Shown: piece by piece, positions 1-15,400 of the stretch
How positions within the stretch are numbered: position 1 is the first letter of the stretch
Layout of the letters: every line of letters begins with the position of its first letter
The notes under the pieces: generated by a model
What the model was told of the DNA's origin: nothing
Seen by the model: only the letters and a program-made list of their open reading frames with translations
Database searches by the model: none
Assembly (NCBI GenBank): GCA_964016885.1
Contig: OZ024741.1
Location: 195,052,001-195,116,000, forward strand
DNA: 64,000 nucleotides
Source of the DNA: Eledone cirrhosa
Lineage: Eukaryota
Direction: 5' to 3'
Position numbers and translations under genes: made by a program

Positions 1-1062
1 CTATGTTATATTTTTTATGCGGCCTATGTTATATATTGAATGCTGCCTATGTTATATATTGTATGTGGCCTATGTTATATATTGTATGCTGCCTATGCTA
101 TATATTGTATGCTGCCTATGTTATATATTGTATTTGGCCTATGTTATATTTTGTGTGTGGCCTATGTTATATATTGTATGTGGCCCATGTTATATATTGT
201 ATGCGGCATATGTTTTATATTGTATGCTGCCTATTTTATATTTTGTATGCCCCCTATGTTACATATTGTATGTGGCCTATGTTATATATTGTATGCGGCA
301 TATGTTATATATTGTATGCTGCCTATGTTATATATTGTATGTTGCCTATGTTATATATTGTATGCTGCCTATGTTATATATTGTATGCTGCCTGTGTTAT
401 ATATTGTATGTGGCCTATGTTATATATTGTATGCTGCCTATGTTATATTGTATGTGAACTATTTTATATATTGTATGCTGCCTATGTTATATATTGTATG
501 TGGCCTATGTTATATATTGTATGCGGCATATGTTATATATTGTATGCTGCCTATGTTATATATTGTACGTGGCCTATGTTATATATTGTATGCTGCCTAT
601 GTTATATATTGTTAGTGGCCTATGTTATATATTGTATGCTGCCTATGTTATATATTGTATATGGCCTATGTTATATATTGTATGCTGCCTATGTTATATA
701 TTGTATGTGGCCTATGTTATATATTGTATGCTGCCTATGTTATATATTGTATGTGGCCTATGTTATATATTGTATGCTGCCTATGTTATATATTGTATGT
801 GGCCTATATTAGATACTGTATGCTGCCTATGTTATATATTGTTAGTGGCCTATGTTATATATTGTATGCTGCCTATGTTATATATTGTATGTGGCCTATG
901 TTATATATTGTATGCTGCCTACGTTATATATTGTATATGGCCTATGTTATATATTGTATGCGGCATATGTTATATATTATACGCTGCCTATGTTATATAT
1001 TGTATGGTGCCTATGTTATATATTGTATGTAGCCTATGTTATATATTGTATGCTGCCTACGC

Positions 1063-4000
1063 TATATATTGTATGCTGCCTATGTTATATATTGTATGTT
1101 GCCTATGTTATATACATTATGCGGCCTGTGTTATATTTTGTATGTGGCCTATGTTATATATTTTATGTGGCCTATGTTATATATTATATGCGGTATATGT
1201 TATATATTTTATGTGGCCTATGTTATATATTGTATGCGGCACATGTTATATATTGTATGTTGCTTATGTTATATATTGTATGTGGCCTACGTTATATATT
1301 GTATGTGGCCTATGTTATATATTGTATGCTGCCTTTGTTATATATTGTATGAGTCCTATACTATATATAGTATGCTGCATATTGTAAACATTGTATGCGG
1401 CCTATGTTATATATTATATGCGACCTATGTTATATATGTTATGTGGCCTATGATAGATATTGTATATGGCCTATGTTATATATTGTATGCGGCATATGTT
1501 ATATATTGTACGCTACCTATGTTATATATTGTATGCTGCCTATGTTATATATTGTATGTAGACTATGTTATATATTGTGTGCTGCCTATGTTATATATTG
1601 TATGCGGCCTATGATCTATATTGTATGTGGCCAATGTTATACATTGTTTGCTGCCTATGTAATACATTGTATGCTTCCTATGTTATATATTGTATGCTGC
1701 CTATGTTATATATTGTCTGTGGCCTATTTTATATATTGTATGTGGCCTATGTTATATATTGCATACTGCCTATGTTATATATTGTATGTTGCCTACTTTA
1801 TATACTGTTTGCTGCCTATGTTATATATTGTATGCTGCCTATGTTATATGTTGTATGTGGCCTATGTTATATATTGTATGCTGCCTATGCTATATATTGT
1901 ATGCTGCCTATGTTATATATTGTATGTGGCCTATGTTATATATTGCAAGTGGCCTATGTTATATTTTGTGTGTGCCCTATGTTATATATTGTATGTGGCC
2001 CATGTTATATATTGTATGCGGCATATGTTTTATATAGTATGCTGCCTATTTTATATTTTGTATGCGGCCTATGTTATATATTGTATGTGGCCTATGTTAT
2101 ATATATTATTCTACCTATGTTATATAATGTATGATGCCTATGTTATATATTGTATGCGGCACATGTTATATATTGTATGCTGCCTACGTTATATATTGTA
2201 TGTGGCATATGTTATATATTGTATGCTGCCTATGTTATAAATTGTATGCTACCTATGTTATATATTGTATGCTGCCTATGTTATATATTGTATGTGGCCT
2301 ATGTTATATGTTGTATGTGGCCTTTGTTATATACTGTATGCTGACCATGTTATATATTGTATGCTGCCTATGTTATAAAGTGTATGCTGCCTTTGTTATA
2401 TATTGTATGTCGGCTATGCTATATACTGTATGCTGCCTATTGTAAACATTGTATGCCGCCTATGTTATATATTGTATGCGGCATATGTTATATATTTTAT
2501 GTGGCCTATGATATATATTGTATATGGCCTATGTTATATATTGTATGCAGCATATGTTATATATTGTACGCTGCCTATGTTATATAGTGTATGCGTCATA
2601 TGTTATATATTGCATGTGGCCTATGTTATATATTGTATGCGGCACATGTTATATATTGAATGTGGCCTATGTTATATATTGTATGTCGGCTATGCTATAT
2701 ATTGTATGCTGGCTATATTATATTTTGTATGCGGCCTATGTTATATATCGTGTGCTGCCTATGTTATATATTGTATGTGGCCTAAGATCTATATTGTATG
2801 TGGCCAATGTTATACATTGTATGTGGCATATGTTATATATTGTATGCTGCCTATGTTATATATTGTATGTTGCCTATGTTATATACATTATGCGGCCTGT
2901 GTTATATTTTGTATGTGGCCTATGTTATATATTTTATGTGGCCTATGTTATATATTATATGCGGTATATGTTATATATTTTATGTGGCCTATGTTATATA
3001 TTGTATGCGGCACATGTTATATATTGTATGTTGCTTATGTTATATATTGTATGTGGCCTACGTTATATATTGTATGTGGCCTATGTTATATATTGTATGC
3101 TGCCTTTGTTATATATTGTATGAGTCCTATACTATATATAGTATGCTGCATATTGTAAACATTGTATGCGGCCTATGTTATATATTATATGCGACCTATG
3201 TTATATATGTTATGTGGCCTATGATAGATATTGTATATGGCCTATGTTATATATTGTATGCGGCATATGTTATATATTGTACGCTACCTATGTTATATAT
3301 TGTATGCTGCCTATGTTATATATTGTATGTAGACTATGTTATATATTGTGTGCTGCCTATGTTATATATTGTATGCGGCCTATGATCTATATTGTATGTG
3401 GCCAATGTTATACATTGTTTGCTGCCTATGTAATACATTGTATGCTTCCTATGTTATATATTGTATGCTGCCTATGTTATATATTGTCTGTGGCCTATTT
3501 TATATATTGTATGTGGCCTATGTTATATATTGCATACTGCCTATGTTATATATTGTATGTTGCCTACTTTATATACTGTTTGCTGCCTATGTTATATATT
3601 GTATGCTGCCTATGTTATATGTTGTATGTGGCCTATGTTATATATTGTATGCTGCCTATGCTATATATTGTATGCTGCCTATGTTATATATTGTATGTGG
3701 CCTATGTTATATATTGCAAGTGGCCTATGTTATATTTTGTGTGTGCCCTATGTTATATATTGTATGTGGCCCATGTTATATATTGTATGCGGCATATGTT
3801 TTATATAGTATGCTGCCTATTTTATATTTTGTATGCGGCCTATGTTATATATTGTATGTGGCCTATGTTATATATATTATTCTACCTATGTTATATAATG
3901 TATGATGCCTATGTTATATATTGTATGCGGCACATGTTATATATTGTATGCTGCCTACGTTATATATTGTATGTGGCATATGTTATATATTGTATGCTGC

Positions 4001-5960
4001 CTATGTTATAAATTGTATGCTACCTATGTTATATATTGTATGCTGCCTATGTTATATATTGTATGTGGCCTATGTTATATGTTGTATGTGGCCTTTGTTA
4101 TATACTGTATGCTGACCATGTTATATATTGTATGCTGCCTATGTTATAAAGTGTATGCTGCCTTTGTTATATATTGTATGTCGGCTATGCTATATACTGT
4201 ATGCTGCCTATTGTAAACATTGTATGCCGCCTATGTTATATATTGTATGCGGCATATGTTATATATTTTATGTGGCCTATGATATATATTGTATATGGCC
4301 TATGTTATATATTGTATGCAGCATATGTTATATATTGTACGCTGCCTATGTTATATAGTGTATGCGTCATATGTTATATATTGTATGCGGCACATGTTAT
4401 ATATTGAATGTGGCCTATGTTATATATTGTATGTCGGCTATGCTATATATTGTATGCTGGCTATATTATATTTTGTATGCGGCCTATGTTATATATCGTG
4501 TGCTGCCTATGTTATATATTGTATGTGGCCTAAGATCTATATTGTATGTGGCCAATGTTATACATTGTATGTGGCATATGTTATATATTGTATGCTGCCT
4601 ATGTTATATATTGTATGTGGCCTATGATATATGTTGTATGTGGCCTTTGTTATATACTGTATGCTTCACATGTTATATATTGTATGCTGCCTATGTTATA
4701 TAGTGTATGCTGCCTTTGTTATATATCGTATGAGTCCTATACTATATATAGTATGCTGCATATTGTAAACATTGTATGCGGCCTATGTTATATATTATAT
4801 GCGACCTATGTTATATATTTTATGTGGCCTATGATAGATTTTGTATATGGCCTATGTTATATATTGTATGCGGCATATGTTATATATTGTACGCTACCTA
4901 TGTTATATATTGTATGCTGCCTATGTTATATATTGTATGTAGACTATGTTATATATTGTGTGCTGCCTATGTTATATATTGTATGCGGCCTATGATCTAT
5001 ATTGTATGTCGCCAATGTTATACATTTTTTGCTGCCTATGTAATACATTGTATGCTGCCTATGTTATATATTGTATGCTGCCTATGTTATATATTGTCTG
5101 TGGCCTATTTTATATATTGTATGTGGCCTATGTTATATATTGCATACTGCCTATGTTATATATTGTATGTTGCCTACTTTATATACTGTTTGCTGCCTAT
5201 GTTATATATTGTATGCTGCCTATGTTATATGTTGTATGTGGCCTATGTTATATATTGTATGCTGCCTATGCTATATATTGTATGCTGCCTATGTTATATA
5301 TTGTATGTGGCCTATGTTATATATTGCAAGTGGCCTATGTTATATTTTGTGTGTGCCCTATGTTATATATTGTATGTGGCCCATGTTATATATTGTATGC
5401 GGCATATGTTTTATATAGTATGCTGCCTATTTTATATTTTGTATGCGGCCTATGTTATATATTGTATGTGGCCTATGTTATATATATTATTCTACCTATG
5501 TTATATAATGTATGATGCCTATGTTATATATTGTATGCGGCACATGTTATATATTGTATGCTGCCTACGTTATATATTGTATGTGGCATATGTTATATAT
5601 TGTATGCTGCCTATGTTATAAATTGTATGCTACCTATGTTATATATTGTATGCTGCCTATGTTATATATTGTATGTGGCCTATGTTATATGCTGTATGTG
5701 GCCTTTGTTATATACTGTATGCTGACCATGTTATATATTGTATGCTGCCTATGTTATAAAGTGTATGCTGCCTTTGTTATATATTGTATGTCGGCTATGC
5801 TATATATTGTATGCTGCCTATTGTAAACATTGTATGCCGCCTATGTTATATATTATATGCGACCTATGTTATTTATTTTATGTGGCCTATGATATATATT
5901 GTATATGGCCTATGTTATATATTGTATGCGGCATATGTTATATATTGTACGCTGCCTATG
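1063..5960 (+). repeat. Near-identical ~1.6-1.8 kb higher-order repeat: copies at ~1063-2833 and ~2834-4581, with a partial third copy at ~4710-5960
   Basis: Landmark GAGTCCTATACTATATATAG at 1351, 3122 and 4732 (offsets 1771 and 1610). ORFs 1395..2240 and 3166..4011 are identical and 4776..5621 is nearly so. Copy 2 lacks one monomer (TGCATGTGGCC unit at ~2611), which shifts the offset to 1748. Confidence 0.93.
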
Positions 5961-6806
5961 TTATATATTGTATGCTGCCTATGTTATATATTGTATGTAG
6001 ACTATGTTATATATTGTATGCTGCCTATGTTATATATTGTATGTGGCCTATGTTATATATTGTATGCTGCCTACGCTATATATTGTATACTGCCTATGTT
6101 ATATACTCTATGTGGCCTATGTTATATACTCTATGTGGCCTGTGTTATATTTTGTATGTGGCCTCTGTTATATATTGTATGTCGGCTATGCTATATATTG
6201 TATGCTGCCTATATTATATTTTGTATGCGGCCTATGTTATATATTGTGTGCTGCCTATGTTACATATTGTATGTGTCCTATGATCTATATTGTATGTGGC
6301 CAATGTTATACATTGTTTGCTGCCTATGTAATACATTGGATGCTGCCTATGTTATATATTGTATGCTGCCTATGTTATATATTGTTTGTGGCCTATTTTA
6401 TATATTGTATGTGGCCTATGATATATATTGTATGCTGCCTACATTATATATTGTATGTGACCTATGTTATATATTGTATGTGACCTATATTATATATTGT
6501 ATGCTACCTATGTTATATATTGTATGCTGCCTATGTTATATATTGTATGTGGCCTATGCTATATATTGTCTGCTGCCTATGTTATATATTGTATGCTGCC
6601 TATGTTATATATTGTATGTGGCCTGTGTTATATATTGTATGCTGCCTATATTATATATTGTATGTGGCCTATGTTATATACTCTATGTGGCCTGTGTAAT
6701 ATTTTGCATGTGGCCTATGTTATATATTGTATGCGGCTTATGTTATATATTGTAGGTGGCCTATCTTATATATTGTATGCGGCATATGTTATATATTGTA
6801 TGCTAC

Positions 6807-8080
6807 CTATGTTATATTTTTTATGCGGCCTATGTTATATATTGAATGCTGCCTATTTTATATATTGTATGTGGCCTATGTTATATATTGTATGCTGCCT
6901 ATGCTATATATTGTATGCTGCCTATGTTATATATTGTATTTGGCCTATGTTATATTTTGTGTGTGGCCTATGTTATATATTGTATGTGGCCCATGTTATA
7001 TATTGTATGCGGCATAAGTTTTATATTGTATGCTGCCTATTTTATATTTTGTATGCCCCCTATGTTACATATTGTATGTGGCCTATGTTATATATTGTAT
7101 GCGGCATATGTTATATATTGTATGCTGCCTATGTTATATATTGTATGTTGCCTATGTTATATATTGTATGCTGCCTATATTATATATTGTATGCTGCCTG
7201 TGTTATATATTGTATGTGGCCTATGTTATATATTGTATGCTGCCTATGTTATATTGCATGTGAACTATTTTATATATTGTATGCTGCCTATGTTATATAT
7301 TGTATTTGCCATATGTTTTATATTGTATGCTGCCTATGTTATATATTGTATGTGGCCTATGTTATATATTGTATGCGGCATATGTTATATATTGTATGCT
7401 GCCTATGTTATATATTGTATGTGGCCTATGTTATATTTTGTATGTGGCCTATGTTATATATTGTATGCTGCCTATGTTATATATTGTACGTGGCCTATGT
7501 TATATATTGTATGCTGCCTATGTTATATATTGTATGTGGCCTATGTTATATATTGTATGCTGCCTATGTTATATATTGTATGTGGCCTATGTTATATATT
7601 GTATGCTGCCTATGTTATATATTGTATGTGGCCTATATTAGATACTGTATGCTGCCTATGTTATATATTGTTAGTGGCCTATGTTATATATTGTATGCTG
7701 CCTATGTTATATATTGTATGTGGCCTATGTTATATATTGTATGCTGCCTACGTTATATATTGTATATGGCCTATGTTATATATTGTATGCGGCATATGTT
7801 ATATATTATACGCTGCCTATGTTATATATTTTATGGTGCCTATGTTATATATTGTATGTAGCCTATGTTATATATTGTATGCTGCCTACGCTATATATTG
7901 TATGCTGCCTATGTTATATATTGTATGTTGCCTATGTTATATACTTTATGTGGCCTGTGTTATATTTTGTATGTGGCCTATGTTATATATTTTATGTGGC
8001 CTATGTTATATATTATATGCGGTATATGTTATATATTTTATGTGGCCTATGTTATATATTGTATGCGGCACATGTTATAT
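6807..8080 (+). repeat. Second copy of the block at 1-~1250 (offset 6806-6829); a third relative lies at ~16235-17520
   Basis: CTATGTTATATTTTTTATGCGGCCTATGTTATATATTGAATG at 1 and 6807. Shared rare variants GCCCCCTATG, GTGAACTATT and TATTAGATACTG. ORF 852 vs 7681 offset 6829. Confidence 0.88.
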
Positions 8081-9419
8081 ATTGTATGTGGCCTATGTTA
8101 TATATTGTATGTGGCCTATGTTATATATTGTATGTGGCCTATGTTATATATTGTATGTGGCCTATGTTATATATTGTATGTCGGCTATGCATTATTGTAT
8201 GCAGCCTATGTTATATTTTGTATCCGGCCTAAATTATATATTGCGTGCTGCCTATGTTATATATTGTATGTGGCCAATGTTATATATTGTTTGCTGCCTA
8301 TGTTATACATTGTATGCTGTCTATGTCATATATTGTTTGTTCCCTATATTATATATTGTATGTGGCCTATGTTATATATTGTATGCTGCCTCTATTATAT
8401 ATTCTATGTGACGTATTTTATATATTGTAGGTGGCCTATATTATATATTGCATGCTACCTATGTAATGTATTGTATGCTGCCTATGTTTTAAATTGTATG
8501 CGGCATATGTTATATATTGTATGCTGCCTATTTTATATTTTGTATGCGGTCTATGTTATATATTGTTTGCTGCCTATGTTCTATATTGTATGCTGCCTAT
8601 GTTATATATATTGTATGTGGCCTATGTTATATATTGTATGCTGCCTATGTTATTTATTGTTAGTGGCCTCTGTTATATATTGTATGCTGCCTATGTTATA
8701 TATTGTATGTGGCCTATGTTATATATTGTAAGCTCCCTATGCTATATATTGTATGTGGCCTATGTTATATATTGTATGCTGCCTATTTCATGTATTGTAT
8801 GCTACCTATGTTATATATTGTATGCTGCCTATGTTATATATCGTATGTGGCCTATGTTATATGTTGTATGTGGCCTATGTTATATATTGTTTGTGGCCTA
8901 TTTTATATATTGTATGTGGCCTATGTTATATATTGCATGCTGACTATATTATATATTGTATGTGACCTATGTTATATATCGTATGTGGCCTATATTATAT
9001 ATTGTATGCTACCTATGTTATGTATTGTATGCTGCCTAAGTTATATATTGTATGTGGCCCATGCTATATATTGTCTGCTGACTATGTTATATATTGTAAG
9101 CTGCCTATGTTATATATTGTATGCTGCCTATGTTACATATTGTTTTATGGCTTATGTTATATATTGTATGCTACCTATGTTATATATTGTATACTACCTA
9201 TGTTATATATTGTATGCTCCCTATGTTATATATTATATGTGGCCTATGTTATATATTGTACGTGGCCAATGTTATATATTGTATGCTGCCTTCGCTATAT
9301 ATTGTATGATGCCTAAATTATATATTGTAAGTGGCCTATGTTATATACTCTATGTGGGCTGTGTTATATTTTGTATGTGGCCTATGTTATATATTGTTTG
9401 TGGCCTATTTCATATATTG

Positions 9420-12400
9420 TATGTGGCCTATGTTATATATTGTATGCGGCATATGTTATATATTGTATGCTGCCTATGTTATATATTGTATGTTGCCTAT
9501 GTTATATATCGTATGCGGCATATGCTATATATTGTATGCTGCCTATGTTATATACTGTGTGTGGCCTATGTTATATATTGTAAGCTGCCTATATTAAATA
9601 TTGTATTTGGCCTATGTTATATATTGTATGTAGACTATGTTATATATTGTATGCTGCCTACGCTATATATTGTATGCTGCCTATGTTATATACTCTATGT
9701 GGCCTATGTTATATACTCTATGTGGCCTGTGTTATAATTTGTATGTGGCCTATGTTATATATTGTATGCGGCATATGTTATATATTTTATGTGGCTTATG
9801 ATATATATTGTATATGGCCTATGTTATATATTGTATGCGGCATATGTTATATATTGTACGCTGCCTATGTTATATAGTGTATGCGTCATATGTTATATAT
9901 TGCATGAGGTCTATGTTATATATTGTATGCGGCACATGTTATATATTGTATGTGGCCTATGTTATATATTGTATGTCGGCTATGCTATATATTGTATGCT
10001 GGCTATATTATATTTTGTATGTGGCCTATGTTATATATCGTGTGCTGCCTATCTAATTCATTGTATGCTGTTTATGTTATATATTGTATGCTGCCTATGT
10101 TATATATTGTTTGTGGCCTATTTTATATATTGTATGTGGCCTATGTTATATATTGTATGCTGCCTACATGATATATTGTATGTGACGTATGTTACATATT
10201 GTATGTGACCTATATTATATATTGTATGCTACCTATGTTATGTATTGTATGCTGCCTATGTTATATATTGTAAGTGGCCTATGTTATATATTGTATGCGG
10301 CATATGTTATATATTGTATGCTGCCTATGTTATATATTGTATGTGGCATATGTTATATATTGTATGCTGCCTATGTTATATATAGTATGTGGCCTATGTC
10401 ATATAATGTAAGCTGCCTATATTATATATTGTATGTAGCCTATGTTGTATATTGTATGCTGCCTAAGTTATATATTGTATGTGGCATATGTTATATATTG
10501 TATGCTGCCTATGTTATATATTGTATGTGGCCTATGATATATGTTGTATGTGGCCTTTGTTATATACTGTATGCTTCACATGTTATATATTGTATGCTGC
10601 CTATGTTATATAAAGTATGCTGCCTTTGTTATATATTGTATGAGTCCTATACTATATATTGTATGCTGCATATTGTAAACATTGTATGCGGCCTATGTTA
10701 TATATTATATGCGACCTATGCTATATATTTTATGTGGCCTATGATAGATATTGTATATGGCCTATGTTATATATTGTATGCGGCATATGTTATATATTGT
10801 ACGCTGCCTATGTTATATATTGTATGCTGCCTATGTTATATATTGTATGTAGACTATGTTATATATTGTGTGCTGCCTATGTTATATATTCTATGCGGCC
10901 TATGATCTATATTGTATGTGGCCAATGTTATACATAGTTTGCTGCCTATGTAATACATTGTATGCTGCCTATGTTATATATTGTATGCTGCCTATGTTAT
11001 ATATTGTCTGTGGCCTATTTTATATATTGTATGTGGCCTATGTTATATATTGTATACTGCCTATGTTATATATTGTATGTTGCCTATTTTATATATTGTT
11101 TGCTGCCTATGTTATATATTGTATGCTGCCTATGTTATATGTTGTATGTGGCCTATGTTATATATTGTATGCTGCCTATGCTATATATTGTATGCTGCCT
11201 ATGTTATATATTGTATGTGGCCTATGTTATATATTGCATGTGACCTATGTTTTATTTTGTGTGTGGCCTATGTTATATATTGTATGTGGCCCATGTTATA
11301 TATTGTATGCGGCCTATGTTTTATATAGTATGCTGCCTATTTTATATTTTGTATGCGGCCTATGTTATATATTGTATGTGGCCTATGTTATATATATTAT
11401 TCTGCCTATGTTATATATTATATTCTACCTATGTTATATAATGTATGATGTCTATGTTATATATTGTATGTGGCCTATGTTATATATTGTATGCGGCACA
11501 TGTTATATATTGTATGCTGCCTATGTTATATATTGTATGTGGCATATGTTATATATTGTATGCTGCCTATGTTATATATTTTATGCTACCTATGTTATAT
11601 ATTGTATGCTGCCTATGTTATATATTGTATGTGGCCTATGTTATATGTTGTATGTGGCCTTTGTTATATACGGTATGCTGCCCATGTTAAATATTGTATG
11701 CTGCCTATGTTATAAAGTGTATGCTGCCTTTGTTATATATTGTATGTCGGCTATGCTATATATTGTATGCTGCCTATTGTAAACATTGTATGCCGCCTAT
11801 GTTATATATTATATGCGACCTATGTTATTTATTTTATGTGGCCTATGATATATATTGTATATGGCCTATGTTATATATTGTATGCGGCATATGTTATATA
11901 TTGTACGCTGCCTATGTTATATATTGTATGCTGCCTATGTTATATATTGTATGTAGACTATGTTATATATTGTATGCTGCCTATTTTATATATTGTACGT
12001 GGCCTATGTTATATATTGTATGCTGCCTACGCTATATATTGTATACTGCCTATGTTATATACTCTATGTGGCCTATGTTATATACTCTATGTGGCCTGTG
12101 TTATATTTTGTATGTGGCCTCTGTTATATATTGTGTGCTGCCTATGTTATATATTGTATGTGTCCTATGATCTATATTGTATGTGGCCAATGTTATACAT
12201 TGTTTGCTGCCTATGTAATACATTGTATGCTGCCTATGTTATATATTGTATGCTGCCTAAGTTATATATTGTTTGTGGCCTATTTTATATATTGTATGTG
12301 GCCTATGTTATATATTGTATGCTGCCTACATTATATATTGTATGTGACCTATGTTATATATTGTATGTGACCTATATTATATATTGTATGCTACCTATGT

Positions 12401-15400
12401 TATAAATTGTATGCTGCCTATGTTATATATTGTATGTGGCCTATGCTATATATTGTCTGCTGCCTATGTTATATATTGTATGCTGCCTATGTTATATATT
12501 GTATGTGGCCTATGTTATATACTCTATGTGGCCTGTGTAATATTTTGTATGTGTCCTATGTTATATATTGTATGCGGCATATGTTATATATTGTAGGTGG
12601 CTTATCTTATATATTGTATGCGGCATATGTTATATATTGTATGCTGCCTATGTTATATATTGTATGTGGCCTATGTTATATATTGTATGCTGCCTATGCT
12701 ATATATTGTATGCTGCCTATGTTATATATTTTATGTGGCCTATATTATATTTTGTGTGTGGCCTATGTTATATATTGTATGTGGCCCATGTTATATATTG
12801 TATGCGGCATATGTTTTATATTGTATGCTGCCTATTTTATATTTTGTATGCCCCCTATGTTATATATTGTATGTGGCCTATGTTATATATTGTATGCGGC
12901 ATATGTTATATATTGTATGCTGCCTATGTTATATATTGTATGTTGCCTATGTTATATATCGTATGCGGCATATGCTATATATTGTATGCTGCCTATGTTA
13001 TATACTGTGTGTGGCCTATGTTATATATTGTAAGCTGCCTATATTAAATATTGTATTTGGCCTATGTTATATATTGTATGTAGACTATGTTATATATTGT
13101 ATGCTGCCTACGCTATATATTGTATGCTACCTATGTTATATACTCTATGTGGCCTATGTTATATACTCTATGTGGCCTGTGCTATATTTTGTATGTGGCC
13201 TATGTTATATATTGTATGCGGCATATGTTATATATTTTATGTGGCCTATGATATATATTGTATATGGCCTATGTTATATATTGTATGCGGCATATGTTAT
13301 ATATTGTACGCTGCCTATGTTATATAGTGTATGCGTCATATGTTATATATTGCATGTGGCCTATGTTATATATTGTATGCGGCACATGTTATATATTGTA
13401 TGTGGCCTATGTTATATATTGTATGTCGGCTATGCTATATATTGTATGCTGGCTATATTATATTTTGTATGCGGCCTATGTTATATATTGTGTGCTGCCT
13501 ATGTTATATATTGTATGTGGCCTAAGATCTATATTGTATGTGGCCAATGTTATACATTGTTTGCTACCTATCTAATTCATTATATGCTGCCTATGTTATA
13601 TATTGTATGCTGCCTATGTTATATATTGTTTGTGGCCTATTTTATATATTGTATGTGGCCTATGTTATATATTGTATGCTGCCTACATTATATATTGTAT
13701 GTGACCTATGTTATATATTGTATGTCACCTATATTATATATTGTATGCTACCTATGTTATGTATTGTATGCTGCCTATGTTATATATTGTATGTGGCCTA
13801 TGTTATATATTGTATGCGGCATATGTTATATATTGTATGCTGCCTATGTTATATATTGTATGTGGCATATGTTATATATTGTATGCTGCCTATGTTATAT
13901 ATTGTATGTGGCCTATGTTATATAATGTAAGCTGCCTATATTATATATTGTATGTGGCCTATGTTGTATATTGTATGCTGCCTAAGTTATATATTGTATG
14001 TGGCATATGTTATATATTGTATGCTGCCTATGTTATATATTGTATGTGGCCTATGATATATGTTGTATGTGGCCTTTGTTATATACTGTATGCTTCACAT
14101 GTTATATATTGTATGCTGCCTATGTTATATAGTGTATGCTGCCTTTGTTATATATTGTATGAGTCCTATACTATATATTGTATGCTGCATATTGTAAACA
14201 TTATATGCGGCCTATGTTATATATTATATGCGACCTATGTTATATATTTTATGTGGCCTATGATAGATATTGTATATGGCCTATGTTATATATTGTATGC
14301 GGCATATGTTATATATTGTACGCTGCCTATGTTATATATTGTATGCTGCCTATGTTATATATTGTATGTAGACTATGTTATATATTGTGTGCTGCCTATG
14401 TTATATATTGTATGCGGCCTATAATCTATATTGTATGTGGCCAATGTTATACATTGTTTGCTGCCTATGTAATACATTGTATGCTGCCTATGGTATATAT
14501 TGTATGCAGCCTATGTTATATATTGTCTGTGGCCTATTTTATATATTGTATGTGGCCTATGTTATATATTGTATACTGCCTATGTTATATATTGTATGTT
14601 GCCTATATTATATATTGTTTGCTGCCTATGTTATATATTGTATGCTGCCTATGTTATATTTTGTATGTGGCCTATGTTATATATTGTATGCTGCCTATGC
14701 TATATATTGTATGCTGCCTATGTTATATATTGTATGTGGCCTATGTTATATTTTGCAAGTGGCCTATGTTATATTTTGTGTGTGGCCTATGTTATATATT
14801 GTATGTGGCCCATGTTATATATTGTATGCGGCATATGTTTTATATAGTATGCTGCCTATTTTATATTTTGTATGCGGCCTATGTTATATATTGTATGTGG
14901 CCTCTGTTATATATATTATTCTGCCTATGTTATATATTGTATGCTGCCTATGTTATATATTGTATGTGGCCTATGTTATATATTGTATGCGGCACATGTT
15001 ATATATTGTATGCTGCCTACGTTATATATTGTATGTGGCATATGTTATATATTGTATGCTGCCTATGTTATATATTGTATGCTACCTATGTTATATATTG
15101 TATGCTGCCTATGTTATATATTGTATGTGGCCTATGTTTTTTTTTGTATGTGGCCTTTGTTATATACTGTATGCTGCCCATGTTATATATTGTATGCTGC
15201 CTATGTTATAAAGTGTATGCTGCATTTGTTATATATTGTATGTCGGCTATGCTATATATTGTATGCTGCCTATTGTAAACATTGTATGCCGCCTATGTTA
15301 TATATTATATGCGACCTATGTTATTTATTTTATGTGGCCTATGATATATATTGTATATGGCCTATGTTATATATTGTATGCGGCATATGTTATATATTGT

